Part shown: positions 22,990 through 37,110 of the stretch, in pieces | How positions within the stretch are numbered: the first letter of the stretch is position 1 | Layout: the number at the start of each line of letters is the position of its first letter | DNA from: Eledone cirrhosa | Lineage: Eukaryota | NCBI GenBank assembly: GCA_964016885.1 | Contig: OZ024743.1 | Coordinates: 358,050,001 to 358,114,000 of the forward strand | Direction of reading: 5' to 3' | Length of the DNA stretch: 64,000 nt | The notes under the pieces: generated by a model | Told to the model about the DNA's origin: nothing | Database searches by the model: none | What the model saw: only the letters and a program-made list of their open reading frames with translations | Made by a program: the position numbers and the translations under genes

Positions 22990-23061
22990 AGCAGAGTGGC
23001 GCAGTGGAAGCGTGCTGGGCCCATAACCCAGAGGTCCGTAGATCGAAACTACGCTCTGCTA
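22990..23061 (+). tRNA. tRNA-iMet-CAT: Initiator tRNA-Met, intact
   Basis: Identical to consensus; long T-run downstream. Confidence 0.95.
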
Positions 23062-26000
23062 ATCATCTTTTTTTTTTTTTCTTTCCATTTATGTCTTTTT
23101 TCTTTCTGTGAATAAGTTATTGCGGTATAATCTCCAGATAAAATTACGCTTAACTAGTATCTTTGTGTGAATAAGTCTATCGGTATAATCTCCCTATAAA
23201 TCATTTTATATACATTACATTTAATATTGTTTAATAGTGGTTTGTTATGATTTTTAGAATGGTACAACAATCAGATGCAAGAAATAGCTACCTAATCACC
23301 CTAAAATTACTATCTACTAGCTTTATTATTGGACGTATGTTCTGTTGCAGACTGGGGGCATACTGTAATATTATATATAATACATAAAACATATACTGGA
23401 TAAATTATTCCAAGGAAATCCTAGAAGAGATGACCATATTTGGAAGACTTCGGATCATGGATCAGCTTGATTAAGATAGAACACCTGTCAATTAACTGCT
23501 TAGAAATAAAAAGTAGATGAAAAAGGCAGCAATAATGCAGAGGCAGCGTGGCGCAGTGGAAGCGTGCTGGGCCCATAACACAGAGTTCCGTATATCGAAA
23601 ATACACTCTGCTATTCATTTCCTTTTTTCTTTCTGTTCATCAGTTATTGCGGTATAATCTCCCTATAACATATTTGAAACAAATTTTGTTAAATAGATGT
23701 TTGTTACAGTTTTTAGATATGAGCTTCAGTCGACCAATTAGAATCAACATTTTAGGTTCTTTAGTAATCTGTCTCACACTGGGAACATACTCTTATATGA
23801 TATACAGAAAACATATATTGGATAAATTACTTCCAGATAATCTTAGAACAAGAAATGATAACATTTTGAATAATTTTGATTATCCAAGAAGGATGAAAAG
23901 TATATAAAATGTGTTATAGGGAGATTATAAGGCAATGACATATTCACAGAAAGAAACATTTTAAATAGCAGTTTCGATCTACGGACCTCTGGGTTACGGG
24001 AACAGCACGCTTCCACTGCGCCACTCTGCTAATTTGTTTAAGGCCGGAGAATTCCTGCATTCATTAATGGCTCTATTGCTGCCCTTTTCCCCATTCCATT
24101 TTTCTTTCTCCACTGGTTATTTAACAGATATTCTACTTTAAATGCTGATCTGTGATCAAAAGTATTCCAGATATGACATCTCTATAACTAGCTTCATCTG
24201 GAAGTAATTTATCAAATGGATGTTTTCTGTATAGAATAGAACAGTATGTCCTCAGTGAGCCACAAAATGTATGTCGTATTATATTACTAGTAAAGCATAA
24301 TTTTAGTGACATGAGGTACCTAACTGGTCGGCTGAGGGTCCTTTCTAAAATCTGTAACAAACTTCTATTTAACAAAATTTGTTTAACATATTTTATAGGG
24401 AGATTATACCACAATAACATTCATCATTTTCTAGGATTTTCTAGGATTAATATATCCAATATATGTTTTCTATATATAACAGGACAGTAGGCCTCTGTGT
24501 GAAACAGAATATATGTCCGATTTAAAAACTAGTAGAGCGTATTTATGGGGTGATTAGGTAGCTATTTCTAGCAGGTCGATTGAGCTTAATTTCAAGTATA
24601 GCGGTTCCCAATCATCTCCACGTCTAAATACCGCAATACTTTTGACTAACTCAGAAGGAGGCGGCATATTGGCAAAGTCGTTAGAACGTCGGATAAAATG
24701 TTTTGCGCTATTTGTTTCGGCACTGAGCTCTTCGAATTCAAATTCTACCGATGTCAACTTTATATTTCATCCATTTGATGTCGATAAAATGTGTGCCATT
24801 CAAACACTGGGTCGGTTCTTACTCTATATCACTTTGTGACTTCCATTCTCTCACTCTCTTTCCTACTGTGGAAGAAATCTGCTGTATTCAGACGTACAGG
24901 GGATTCGGATCCGTTAGGTGTTTCTTACTTGAAATTAAGCTCAATTAACCTGCTAGAAATAGCTACCTAATCACCCTATTATTATGTATTGGATATATTA
25001 TTCCTAGATAATCCTAGAAGATAAGATGAACATGAGTGGAATACTTCGATCTTGGTTCAACTTTTTCCGGCTAGAATAACTGTCAAATAATTCTTTGAGA
25101 ATGATAAAAAACAAGAAAAGGTATGAGCAGAAATACACCTCTTAGTAAATAATTAACAAAGTGGCGCCATGGAAGCGTGCTGGGCCCATAACCCGGAGCT
25201 CTGTACATCAAAACTACGCTTTGTTATTGATTTTTTTTCTTTTTTCTTTTTGTGAATAAGTTATTGCGGTATAATCTCCCTAATAAAATATGTTAAACAA
25301 ATTTTGTTAAATAGATACTTGTTACAGTTCTTAGAAAGGACCCTCAGTCGACCAGCTGGGTAACTAATGTCCCTAAAATTACGATTTATTAGTAATATAA
25401 TTGGACATATATTCTGTTACACACTGAGGGCATACTGTTATATGATATACAGAAAAATCCCTTGGATAAATTACTTCCAGATAAACCTGGATGTAGAGAT
25501 GGTCATATCTCGAATATTGTTGAAGAATGATCAGCTAGCCCGAAGTATAATACATCTGAATTAACAGGTGGAGCAAGAAAAAACAACAACTGTTCTATTA
25601 TATATAGAAAACATATATTGGATATATTAATCCTAGATAATCCTAGAAAATGAGATGAACATGAGTGGAATACTATGATCTTGGATTAACTTCTTCTGGG
25701 TAGAATACCTATCAAATAACTCGTGGAGAAAGAAAAAAACAAGAAAACTCGAAGGGAATAATAATACAGCAAAACATATAGGCAGATATTCACTTATGGG
25801 TGAACAGTTAACAGAGTGGAGCAGTGGAAGCGTGCTGGGCCCAGAGGTCCGTAGATCGAAACTACACTCTGCTATTCTTTCCCTTTCAATAAGTTATTAA
25901 GGTATAAATACCATGTGAAATATTTTGTATACTTTACATCAAATATTCTTAAATAGGTATTTGCTACATTTTTTGAGAGGTACCACAGTCGTCTGCTAGT

Positions 26001-26986
26001 AAAAGACACAAAGCGGATCACTATCGTCTCGACATCTGGATACAGCAATATTCTTCCCGCGAAGGAAAGAGAGTGGGATAAGTGAGGAAGTGTCATAGAG
26101 GAAGAATCGATCCAGTATTTGACTGGTGCATTTTTATAGTCCCCAAATAGACGAAAGACAAAGTTGACCTCGACGGAATTTGAACCTGGAAAGCTCACAA
26201 CCGAAACATGTACCACTACTTTAAAAAAATGATATATTGTATATAAAATATTTCATTTAGAGATTATACCGCAATAACATATTGAAGGAAAAATATATTT
26301 CAGATCGCACTTCCGATCTACGGACCTCTGGGGTTCTGGGACCAGCATACTTCCACTGCTCCATTATGCTAATTGTTATCTGGCCGCTGAATTTCAGTGT
26401 ATATATTTTGCTAAATTACTACTTTTTTCTTGTTTTTTCTTGCTCCACCTGTTAATTGATAGGTATTCTACCTTGGGACAGCTGATCTATGAACAAAGGT
26501 ATTCCAGATGTGATAATCTCTTCTTATAGGATTATCTGGGAGTGATGTATCCAATATATATATTGCGTATATTATATGATAGGATGCCTTTGTGTTGCTA
26601 CAGATTATATGCCCGTTTTGGAGTCAGTTGAGCGTAATTTTAGGGTGAATCAGTAGCTATTTCTAGTTGGTGATTATCGTAATAAAAACTGTAGCAAACA
26701 TCTTATTTAACAATATTAGATGAAAAGTATACAAAATATTTTACAGGGTATTTGTACCGTAATAACATTGAAGGGGGAAAATATCAAAACATAGTTTCGA
26801 TCTACGGACTTCTGGTTTAACAGTATGCCCTCAGTGTATGAAGGAGTATATGTCCAATTATATTACTAGTAAATCGTAATTTTAGGGACTTTGCTAGGCG
26901 ACTGAGGGTCCTTTCTCAAAACTGTGACAAACATCTATATAACAAAATTTGTTTAAAATATGTTCTATTCACAGAATGAGAAAAAA

Positions 26987-27058
26987 TAGCAGAGCGTAGT
27001 TTCGATCTACGGACCTCTGGGTTATGGGCCCAGCACGCTTCCACTGCGCCACTCTGCT
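26987..27058 (-). tRNA. tRNA-iMet-CAT: Initiator tRNA-Met, intact
   Basis: Exact reverse complement of the consensus. Confidence 0.95.
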
Positions 27059-27904
27059 AAACGATATTGCACTGGTGTGTTTCTGTTTAAATTTTCTGCC
27101 AAACTATTGTTTATTTTTCTCCCAGTTCTTTCTTTCTCCACAAATTATTTGGCAGGTATTCTACCTTGAGGAAGCTGGCCTATGATCAAAAGTATTCTAG
27201 ATGTGATTATATTTTCTTCTAGGATTATCTCTGAATAATTTATCCAATATATGTTTTTTGTATATAATAGAACACTATGCGCCCAGACTGTGACAGAATA
27301 TATACCCAATAATAAAGATAGTAGAGTGTAATTTTAGTGACATTTGTTAGTTATTTCTAGCTGGTCGATTGAGTTACCTTTCTAAAAATCATATCAAGCC
27401 ACTATTTAACAATATTTTTATGTAATGTATACAAAATATGTTATAGGAAGATTATACCGCGATGATATATCCCCTAAAAGTTTTAAAAAGTGATTAGCAG
27501 AGCGTAGTTTTGATGTACGGAACTCTGCGTTATGGGAACAGCACGCCCACTGCGCCACTCTGCTAACTGTTTTCTTAGCGATGAATTTCTGCATATATAG
27601 CGGGCCCTATTACTGACTCTTTCTTGTTTTTCTTTCTTTCTCCACTAGATGTTTGACAGGTAATCTACCTTGAGCAAGCTGGTCCATGATCAAAAACATT
27701 CCAGATGTTTTAACCTCTTCTTCGAGGATTATCTCGGAGCAATTTATCCAATATGTGATTTTTGTATATTATACGGCTGAAAATATGTCCATTTTTTAAG
27801 GTAGAAGAGTTATTTGGTAGCTTTTTCGCAATTAAAAACTGTAACAAACCACTACTTTAAAAAAATCATATATGTACAAAACAGTTTTGTATGGAGATTA
27901 TACT

Positions 27905-28160
27905 GAGGATATATCCAGATCAATTGGAATCAGCTGCTTCTAACAGGACTCGCAGGAATGAGTGTTTGAGGACTCTACCCTCACGACCCTCTCAGGAATA
28001 GGTGGGTGAAGAAGAAGAAGAAGAAGAAGAAGAAGAAGAAGAAGAAGAAGAAGAAGAAGAAGAAGAAGAAGAAGAAGAAGAAGAAGAAGAAGAAGAAGAA
28101 GAAGAAGAAGAAGAAGAAGAAGAAGAAGAAGAAGAAGAAGAAGAAGAAGAAGAAGAAGAA
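27905..28160 (+). mobile_element. RTE-clade LINE extreme 3' end with (GAA)n tail
   Basis: Translates DQLESAASNRTRRNECLRTLPSRPSQE*, then GTGGGT(GAA)n; homologous to the array fragment. Confidence 0.75.
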
Positions 28161-28561
28161 GCCCGGAGAATTCCTGTATATATTAAGGGCCCTATTGCTC
28201 CCTTTATCCCCATTCTATGTTTCCTTCTCCACCAGTTATTTGACATATTCTTCTGTGAATGCTGATCTATGATCAAAAGTATTCCAGATATGACCATCTC
28301 TACATCTAGGTTTATCTGGAAGTAATTTATCCAATATATATTTTCTGTATATATTAGAACACTCTGTACTCAGTTTGTGACAAAATATATGTCCAATTAT
28401 ATTACTAGTAAAGCGTAATTGTAGAGACATTATGTATCTAGCTGGGCAACGAGGTTCTTTTCTAAAAACTGTTACAAACATCTATTAAATAAAATTTGTT
28501 TAAAATATTCTATAGGGAGTTATACCGCAATGAGTTATTCACAGAATAAGAAAAAAAAAGA

Positions 28562-28633
28562 TAGCAGAGCGTAGTTTCGATCTACGGACCTCTGGGTTAT
28601 GGGCCCAGCACGCTTCCACTGCGCCACTCTGCT
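28562..28633 (-). tRNA. tRNA-iMet-CAT: Initiator tRNA-Met, intact
   Basis: Exact reverse complement of the consensus. Confidence 0.95.
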
Positions 28634-31600
28634 AACTGTCTCATCAGAGTGTCAATATCTACTGATATATTTTGCCGTCTTATCATTGCCTTCTATTTTT
28701 CTTGTTTTTTCATTCTCACGACTTATTTGTCAGGTATTCTACTCCGAAGAAACTGTTCCATGATGAATGCATTCCGTTCATGTTCATCTCATTTTCTATG
28801 ATTATCATATACCCAATATGTATTTTCGATATTAAGGACTCTATTGCTACATTTCTCCTCATTCTATTTTTCTTTCTCCACCAGTTATTTGAGAGACATT
28901 CTACTTTGAATCCTGATCTGTGATCAAAAGTATTCCAGATATGACTATCTCTACATCTAGATTTATCCGGAAGTAATTTATCCAATATATGTTTTCAGTA
29001 TGTATTAGAACAGTATGTCCTCAGTGTGAGACAGAATAAATGTCAAAAGTATTCCATATTTGACCATCTCTACATCTAGGTTTATCTGGAAGTAATTTAT
29101 CCAGGCGATGTTTTCTGTAACAGTATGCCCTCAGTGTGTGACAGAATATATGTCCAATTAAATTACTAATAAATCGTAATATTAGGGACACTAGGTACCT
29201 AGCCAGTCGACTGAGGGTCCTCTTCTAAAAATTGTAACGAATATTTATTTCATAAATTTCATTTGAAATATTTTCTACGGAGATTATACCGAAATGACGT
29301 ATTCACATAAAGAAAAAAAAGAAATAAATTCAATGGCAGAGCGGACCTCAGGGTTTTGGGCCCAGCACGCTTCCACTGCGCCACTCTGCTAACTGGTTAT
29401 TTATGCTTATATTTTTTGCCTTATCATTATTGCCTTCTATTTTTCTTGTTTTTTTTTCATTCTCCGCGAGTTATTTGACAGGTATTCAACCCGAAGAAAT
29501 TGATCGAAGATCAAAGTATTCCACTCATGTTCATCAATTCTCCTAGGATTATCTAGGAATAATATATATAATGTATGTTTTCTATATATAATAGAACTGT
29601 GGGACCTCTGTGTGAAACATACATGTCCGATTTTAAATCTAGTCTGAAAACAGCAGATTTCTTCCAGAGAAGGGAAGACAGTGAGAGAATGGAAGTGAGG
29701 AAGACATAGATTAAGAATCGACACAGTATTTGACTGGTACATATTTTATCGACCTCAAATGGATGAAAGACAAAGTAGCCCTCGGTGGAATTTGAACTCA
29801 GAGTGCAGAGATCCGAAAGGAATACCGCAAAGCACCCGACGTTTTAACGATTCTCTCAATTTGACTCCTTCTTGGAAAATCAAAAGTATTCCAGGTGTCA
29901 TCATCTTTTCTCCTAGGATTATCTGGGAGTAATTTATCCAATACATGTTTTCTCTACATAATACATTTGTGCACAACAGAATATATGTCAGATTTTACAG
30001 CAAGAACAGCGTAATTTTAGGGTGATTAGGTAGTTATTTCTAGCTGGTAGTTTGAGGTTTCTTTCTAAAAACTGTAAGAACCACTATTTTTTTTTTTAAA
30101 TGATATATTGTATACAAATATTTCATTGGAAGATTATGCCACGGAAAAATGAACGGAAAAAATATATCTCAGAACGCACTTCCGATCTACGGACCTTTGG
30201 GGTTATGGGACCAGCATGATTCCACTGCACCATTCTACCTGAATTTCAGCATATATTTTCTACTAAATTACTGCTTTTTTTTCTTGTTTTTTCTGGCTCC
30301 AGCTATTAATTGACAGGTATTCTACCTCGGGCTAGTTGATCTATCATCAAAATCATTCCAGATGTGATCATCAGCATTATCCGGGAGTAATTTATCCAAT
30401 ATATCTATTCTGTATATTATACTATAGTATCCCCTTTGGTTGCTACAGTATATACATCCGTTGTGAAGTCAGTAGAGTGTAATTTTAGGGTGATTAGGTA
30501 GATATTTCTAGCTGGCGATTGTGGTACCTTTCTAACACCTGTAGCAAATACCTATTTAACAATATATTATGTAAAGTATACAAAATATTTTAACGGGAAT
30601 TTATACCGTAATAACATATTGAAAGGGAAATAAATAGCATAGCGTAGTTTCGATCTACGGATCTCTGTGTTATGGTTCCAGCACGCTCCCACTGCTAAAC
30701 GTTGTCCTGCTGGTGTTTTTCTGTTTATATTATCTGCCAAACTATTGTTGTTTTTTTTCTCCCAGTTCTTTCTTTCTCCATAAGTTGTTTGACAGGTATT
30801 CTACCTTGTGGAAGCTAATTTATGATACCACAGCACCACTGCGCGACTCTGCTACCTTATCCAAGGCCAGAATTCCTACATATATTGAGGGCTCTATTGC
30901 TGCCTTTTCCTCCATTCTATTTTTTTACTCCAGCAGTTATTTCGTAGATATTTACTTTGAATGTTGATCTAGATATGACTATCTCTACATCTATACATCT
31001 AGGTTTATCCGGAAGTAATTTATCCAATATATGTTTTCTATATATAATATAACAGTATGACCTCAGTGTGTGAATGAATATGTCTAATAACAATACTAAT
31101 AAATCCTAATTTTAGGGACTTTAAGTACCTAGCTTGTCGACTGAGAGTCCTTTCTAAAAACTCTAAGAAACATCTATTAAATAAAATTTAAATTAATTTA
31201 TTTTATTAGATGGAAAGTATACAAAATATTTTACAGGTTATTTCTACCGTTATAACATTAAAAGGGGGAAAATATCAGAGCGTAGTTTCGATCTACGAAC
31301 CACTCGTTTATGGGCCCAGCACGCTTGCACTGCGCTACTCTACTAACTTGTCTAAAACCTCGAATTCCTGATGCTGATCTATGATCAAAAGTATTCCAGA
31401 TATGACCATCTCTATATCTAGTAATTTATCCAATATATGTTTTCTGTATATAATAGAACAGTATATCCTCGGTGTGTGACAATATATGTCCAATTATATT
31501 ACTAGTAAAGCATAATTTTAGGGACATTAGGTACCTAGCTGGTTGACTAAAGATCCTTTGTAAAAACTGTAACAAACATCTATTTAACAAAATGTGTTTA

Positions 31601-32958
31601 ACATATTCTATAGGGAGATTATATCGCAATAACTTATTCACAGAAAGAAAACAAAATGATCAGCATAGTTTCGATCTACGGATCTCTGTGTTATAGGCCC
31701 AGCACGCTTCCATTTTTTAACAAGAAACATTAAGAAATTCCTCGATTCATCACTTCTGAGCAGAGTGGCGCAATAGAAGCGTGCTGGGCCCATAAACCAG
31801 AGATCCAGTTGACAAATATTAAGAAATCACAACTTACAGTAAAAATCATTCCAGTTATAACCGACGAGGATGAATGAATGTTCTTTTCCAGGACACAGGG
31901 AACTCTGACGTTACTCTAAATATAAATTCTCTACTGACCTCGAACTTACGTGATGGAGAAACATAACTAATTGTTCAAATTAATTACTTGATAAAAATAA
32001 TATAAAGCAAAGGGACAAATGGGGAAATAGGACATTTGTACAGAAAAGGATCTCTCTTGGAGTATCTATGAGTAAATTATCCAGCATAATTCCTTTTATG
32101 AAATACAATGGCTGCCATTTTATCTACAACCTTCCAGTTATTTCTATTTGACTTTTATTTAACACTGATCGAGTTGAGCAAAAGCGTTCCAGCCGTGACT
32201 ATCACGTCTTTCTAGGAGAATTTAGGTGTAAATGATCGAATATACGTTTTCTCCATATAATACGAGAGGGTGCTAAATAGTACCAAAGTTGAAATTTGGT
32301 CAAAGGCATTCCAGCTGTGACCACCCAGAGTGAAGGTGTTTCTTTTAGAAAAAAAAGTAAACAACGACTCAATATTTCAGAAATGTTGATATAAATTATA
32401 TTCATTAAGGGAGCTTGAATCGTAATGATCCAAAGCATTCCAGTCGTGATCCTCTCGTCTTTGTAAAATTATAGGGGAGCAATTTATCCAATAAATGTAT
32501 TCTGAACATAATACCACAGAATGCCATGTGGCTGCGATAAAATATATTTCCGATTTTAGAGCAATTATAGGGCGATAAGGAAGCTATTTCCAGTAGGCAT
32601 ACATATATAACAAATCGAATGGTAGGTATACATATATAACAAATCGAATGGTAAAAAATATCGCAGGGAGAATGAAAAAATAAGAAAAATAATAACACAG
32701 CAAAAACATATAAGCAAAATTAACTTGTCGGAGGAAGCGCAGAGTGGCACAGTGGAAGCGTGCTGGGCCCTTAGCCCAGAGGTCCGTAAATCGAAACTAC
32801 GCTCTACTTTCAATATGTTATATGTTTTTTTTTTAGTCTCTGAATAAGTTATTTCGGTATAATCGCCCTATGAAATAATTAAAACAAATTTTGTTAAACA
32901 AATGTGTTATATTTTTTACGGTATAAATTCCTTGTGAAATATTTTGTATACTTTACAT

Positions 32959-33249
32959 AAGGGACGTGCCACAACTGGTTCGCCAAACCAGTTAGTGTCA
33001 CCCGCGATGACCATTTTGAATTTTTCCCTTGTAGACTTATTTAGAATTTTTTTCGTAACCGTAATGCAATTTTCTGTTAGTTGAAAGGGCTTCACTGATA
33101 GAGTTATGTGTGTTATAATTCCCCAGTTCCATGTTATGGAAAGAAGTTGTGGTGAATCTTTGGAATAGTGCTTAATAAATATTAATGGCCCTAATAGTTG
33201 TACCAATATTCAAAAGTGGCCCGCCAATGGAATATGTTACGCACCCCTG
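32959..33249. mobile_element. Probable hAT-type MITE
   Basis: Interrupts the tDNA spacer; imperfect TIR AAGGGACGTGC / GCACCCCTG; imperfect 8-bp TSD CTTTACAT/ATTTATAT. Confidence 0.5.
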
Positions 33250-33684
33250 ATTTATATAAAATATTATCAAATAGGTGTTTGCTAGAGTTTTAGAAAGGTA
33301 CCGCAATCACCTGCTAGAAATAACTACCTAATCACCCTAAAATTACACTCTACTGATTTCACAATGGACATATATTCTGTATCAGACAAAGGGCATACTA
33401 TCGTATAGTATTCGGAATACATATATTAGAAAAATTACTCCCAGATAATCCTATAGGAAGAGATTATCACATCTGGAATACGTTTGATCATAGATCAGCT
33501 ATCCCGAAGTAGAATACATGTCAATTAACAGGTGGAGCAAAAAAAGACGAAAAAAAGCAGTAATTTAGCAGAAAATATATACACTGAAATTCAGCGGCCA
33601 GATAACAATTGGAAGAATGGTGCAGTGGAATCATGCTGGTCCCATAATCCCAGAGGTGGAACATATTGCGTTCTGGAACATATT

Positions 33685-36600
33685 TTTTCTTTCAATATAT
33701 TATTATGGTTTAATCTCGCAATTAAATATTTTATATACAATATATCATTTTTTTTAAAAAGTGGTTTCTTACAGATTTTAGAAAGAAACCTCAAACTACC
33801 AGATTGAACTAACCACCTGATCACCCTAAAATTACGCTTTTCTCGCTTTTCTTGAACGTAAAGGGCCTAACTCTATGTTGCAAAGCATGGGGTCCGACCT
33901 TTTACCAATACTGCCAAACCACCTCCTTTACTTTTTAATAATTGTTTCTACTTTTTGGACAAGGCCAGCAATTATCCCAGTGCATTACTGCTACTTTATT
34001 TTATCAACCCCCTAAGGATGAAAGGCAAAGCTGACCCCGGCTAGATTTGAACTCAGACCGTAAAGCGCCGTAACTCTATGCTGCAAAGCATGCGTCCAAC
34101 CCTCTACTAATACTGCCAATCCGAGCCCTTACTTTTTAATAATGGTTTCTTATATCGGCACAAGGCCAGCAATTTGGGAGGAGGGGAAAGTCGATTAAAT
34201 CGACCCCAGTGCGTGACTGGTACTTTATTTTATCGACACCGCAAGGATGAAAGGCAAAGTTAACCTTCGGCGGGATTTGAACTCAGAATGGCCAGGGCCG
34301 TAACTCTATGCATCAAAGCATGGCGTCCGACCCTCTAACCATACTGCCAATCCACTGCCTTCTTTTTAATAATTGTTTCTACTTTTGGCACAATGTTATG
34401 CATTTAGTATTGTGACTCTTCCTCACTACTTCGGTAAGTACGGAGAAGTCTATACTTTGCTGAATATATCTAATGAGGCCAAAATACCTCCTGAGTTGTA
34501 TCCGGTACTTGAAGATATGATTAAAATAATATTAATCATTGAGCGAATGTTGGCATTATTTTCACAACATAACTATTTCTAGTTAGCAGATGTTTTATAC
34601 CAGCTACGTATATCAATTATGAGAAAACCAACTCAACTATAGACAAGGCAACATAATCCTATAAAGTAGCTTAAAAAACATTGATCCTGTACATCTCAAG
34701 AAACATACAGCACCATATACCAACAATTCAGGATTGGGACAAATGTAAAACAATTGCCCTCCTTATAAATACCTGGCTTTTGTGTTACTTTCTGTGGACA
34801 TAGGTTAGAAAGAAAATGGAACCCTCGTTACGTTTAAAATACCACCCCCGTTTACTGTATTGAAATATCTATATATATTTGAATCCAAGCAACGGTTATT
34901 TCATGAAATAACAATTTTCCATTTTTTATTTACGATCAAATCACTTTTTGACAAGAAACGTTAAGAAAATCTTCGACTCATCACTACTGGGCAGAGTGGC
35001 GCAATAGAAGCATGTTGGGCCTATAATCTAGAGGTCCATATGACATATATTAAGAAATCACAAGAAAATAAACAGTAATTTACCAGAAAATATTTTGCCG
35101 AAATTCCGTGGCCAGATAACAATTGGCAGAATGGTGCAGTAGAAGCATGCTGGTCTCATTACCCAGAACTCCGTAAATCGAATGTGCGTTCTGGAACTTT
35201 TTTCTTTCAATATGTCATTGTAGTATAATCTCCAATAAAATATATTGTATACAATATATCATTTTTTTTAAAACGTGGTTTCTTACAGTTTTTAGAAAGA
35301 AACCTCAAACTACCAGCTAGAAATAACTACCTAATCACCTTAAAATTACGCTCTTGTTGCTTTAAAATCAGACAAATATTCTGTCATGAACAAAGGGCAT
35401 ATTATTATATGATGTAGAGAAAACATGTATTGGATAAATTACTCCCAGATAATCCTAGAAGAGAAAGATGATCACATATGGAATACTTTTGATCATAGGT
35501 CAGCCTCCACAGGGTAGTATACCTGTCAAATAACTTGTGGAGAAAGAAACAACTGGGGGAAAAAAGCAGTAGTTTGAAAGAAATTCTCTGATAAGACGAC
35601 ACTTATCAGAGTGGCGCAGTAGAAGCGTGCTGGGCCCATAATCCAGAGGTCCGTAAATCGAAACTACGCTCTGCTGTTTTCTTTTATAAGTTGTTGCAGT
35701 ATAATCTCCCAAGATAGTATATTTTTTCTTTCCAATATGCTATTGAGGTATAATCTCCCAATTAAATATTTTATATACAATATATCATTTTTTTTTAAGT
35801 GGTTTCTTACAGATTTTAGAAAGAAACCTCAAACTACCAGATTGAACTAACCATCTAATCACCCTAAAATTACGCTTTTCTTGCTTTACTTGAACGTAAA
35901 GGGCCATAACTCTATGCTGTAAAGCATGGTGTCTGACCCTTTACCGATACTGCCAAACCACCACCTTTACTTTTTAATAATTGTTTCTACTTTTGGCACA
36001 AGGCCAGCAATTATCCCAGTGCATTACTGCTACTTTATTTTATCAACCCCCTAAGGATGAAAGGCAAAGCTAACCCCGGCGGGATTTGAACTCAGACCGT
36101 AGAGGGCCGTAACTCTATGCGTCAAAGCATGGCGTCCGACCCTCTAACCATACTGCCAATCCACTGCCTTCTTTTTAATAATTGTTTCTACTTTTGGCAC
36201 AATGTTATGCATTTAGTATTGTGACTCTTCCTCACTACTTCGGTAAGTACGGAGAAGTCTATACTTTGCTGAATATATCTAATGGGGCCAAAATACCTCC
36301 TGAGTTGTATCCGGTACTTGAAGATATGATTAAAATAATATTAATCATTGAGCGAATGTTGGCATTATTTTCACAACATAACTATTTCTAGTTAGCAGAT
36401 GTTTTATACCAGCTACGTATATCAATTATGAGAAAACTAAATCAACTATAAACAAGGCAACATAATCCTATAAAGTAGCTTAAAAAACATTGATCCTGTA
36501 CATCTCAAGAAACATACAGCACCATATACCAACAATTCAGGATTGGGACAAATGTAAAACAATTGCCCTCCTTATAAATACCTGGCTTTTGTGTTACTTT

Positions 36601-37110
36601 CTGTGGACATAGATTAGAAAGCAAATGGAACCCTCGTTACGTTTAAAATACCACCCCCGTTTACTGTATTGAAATATCTATATATATTTGAATGCAAGCA
36701 ATGGTTGTTTCATGAAATATCAATTTTAGATTTTTTTATTTACGATCAAATCCCTTTTTGACAAGAAACATTAAGAAATTCTTCGACTCATCACTACTGG
36801 GCAGAGTGGCGCAATAGAAGCATGTTGGGCCTATAATCTAGAGGTCCATATGACATATATTAAGAAATCACAAGAAAATAAACAGTAATTTACCAGAAAA
36901 TATTTTGCCGAAATTCCGTGGCCAGATAACAATTGGCAGAATGGTGCAGTAGAAGCATGCTGGTCTCATTACCCAGAACTCCGTAAATCGAATGTGCGTT
37001 CTGGAACATTTTTTCTTTCAATATGTTATTGTAGTATAATCTCCAATAAAATATATTGTATACAATATATCATTTTTTTTAAAACGTGGTTTCTTACAGT
37101 TTTTAGAAAT
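33685..37110 (+). repeat. Tandem duplication (~33685-35300 and ~35725-37110); third partial copy at ~44120-44920
   Basis: Near-identical ORFs 34373..34582 and 36182..36391; colinear flanks. Confidence 0.85.
33855..34395 (-). mobile_element. Head-to-tail SINE cluster
   Basis: Successive SINE copies or fragments separated by repeated CCTT(A)CTTTTTAATAAT. Confidence 0.8.

Larger units (their letters stand above)
25590..28800 (+). repeat. Segmental direct duplication (~3.2 kb); partner at ~37430-40680
   Basis: Colinear sequence at offset ~11.8 kb; matching ORFs 25872..26216 and 37703..38053. Confidence 0.85.

Noticed and set aside
34373-36391. Repeated 69-aa ORF (..HYFGKYGEVYTLLN..) as a small gene family
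   Set aside because: It begins inside a SINE tail at a non-ATG codon and recurs only through local duplication; I cannot exclude a decayed TE or exon remnant
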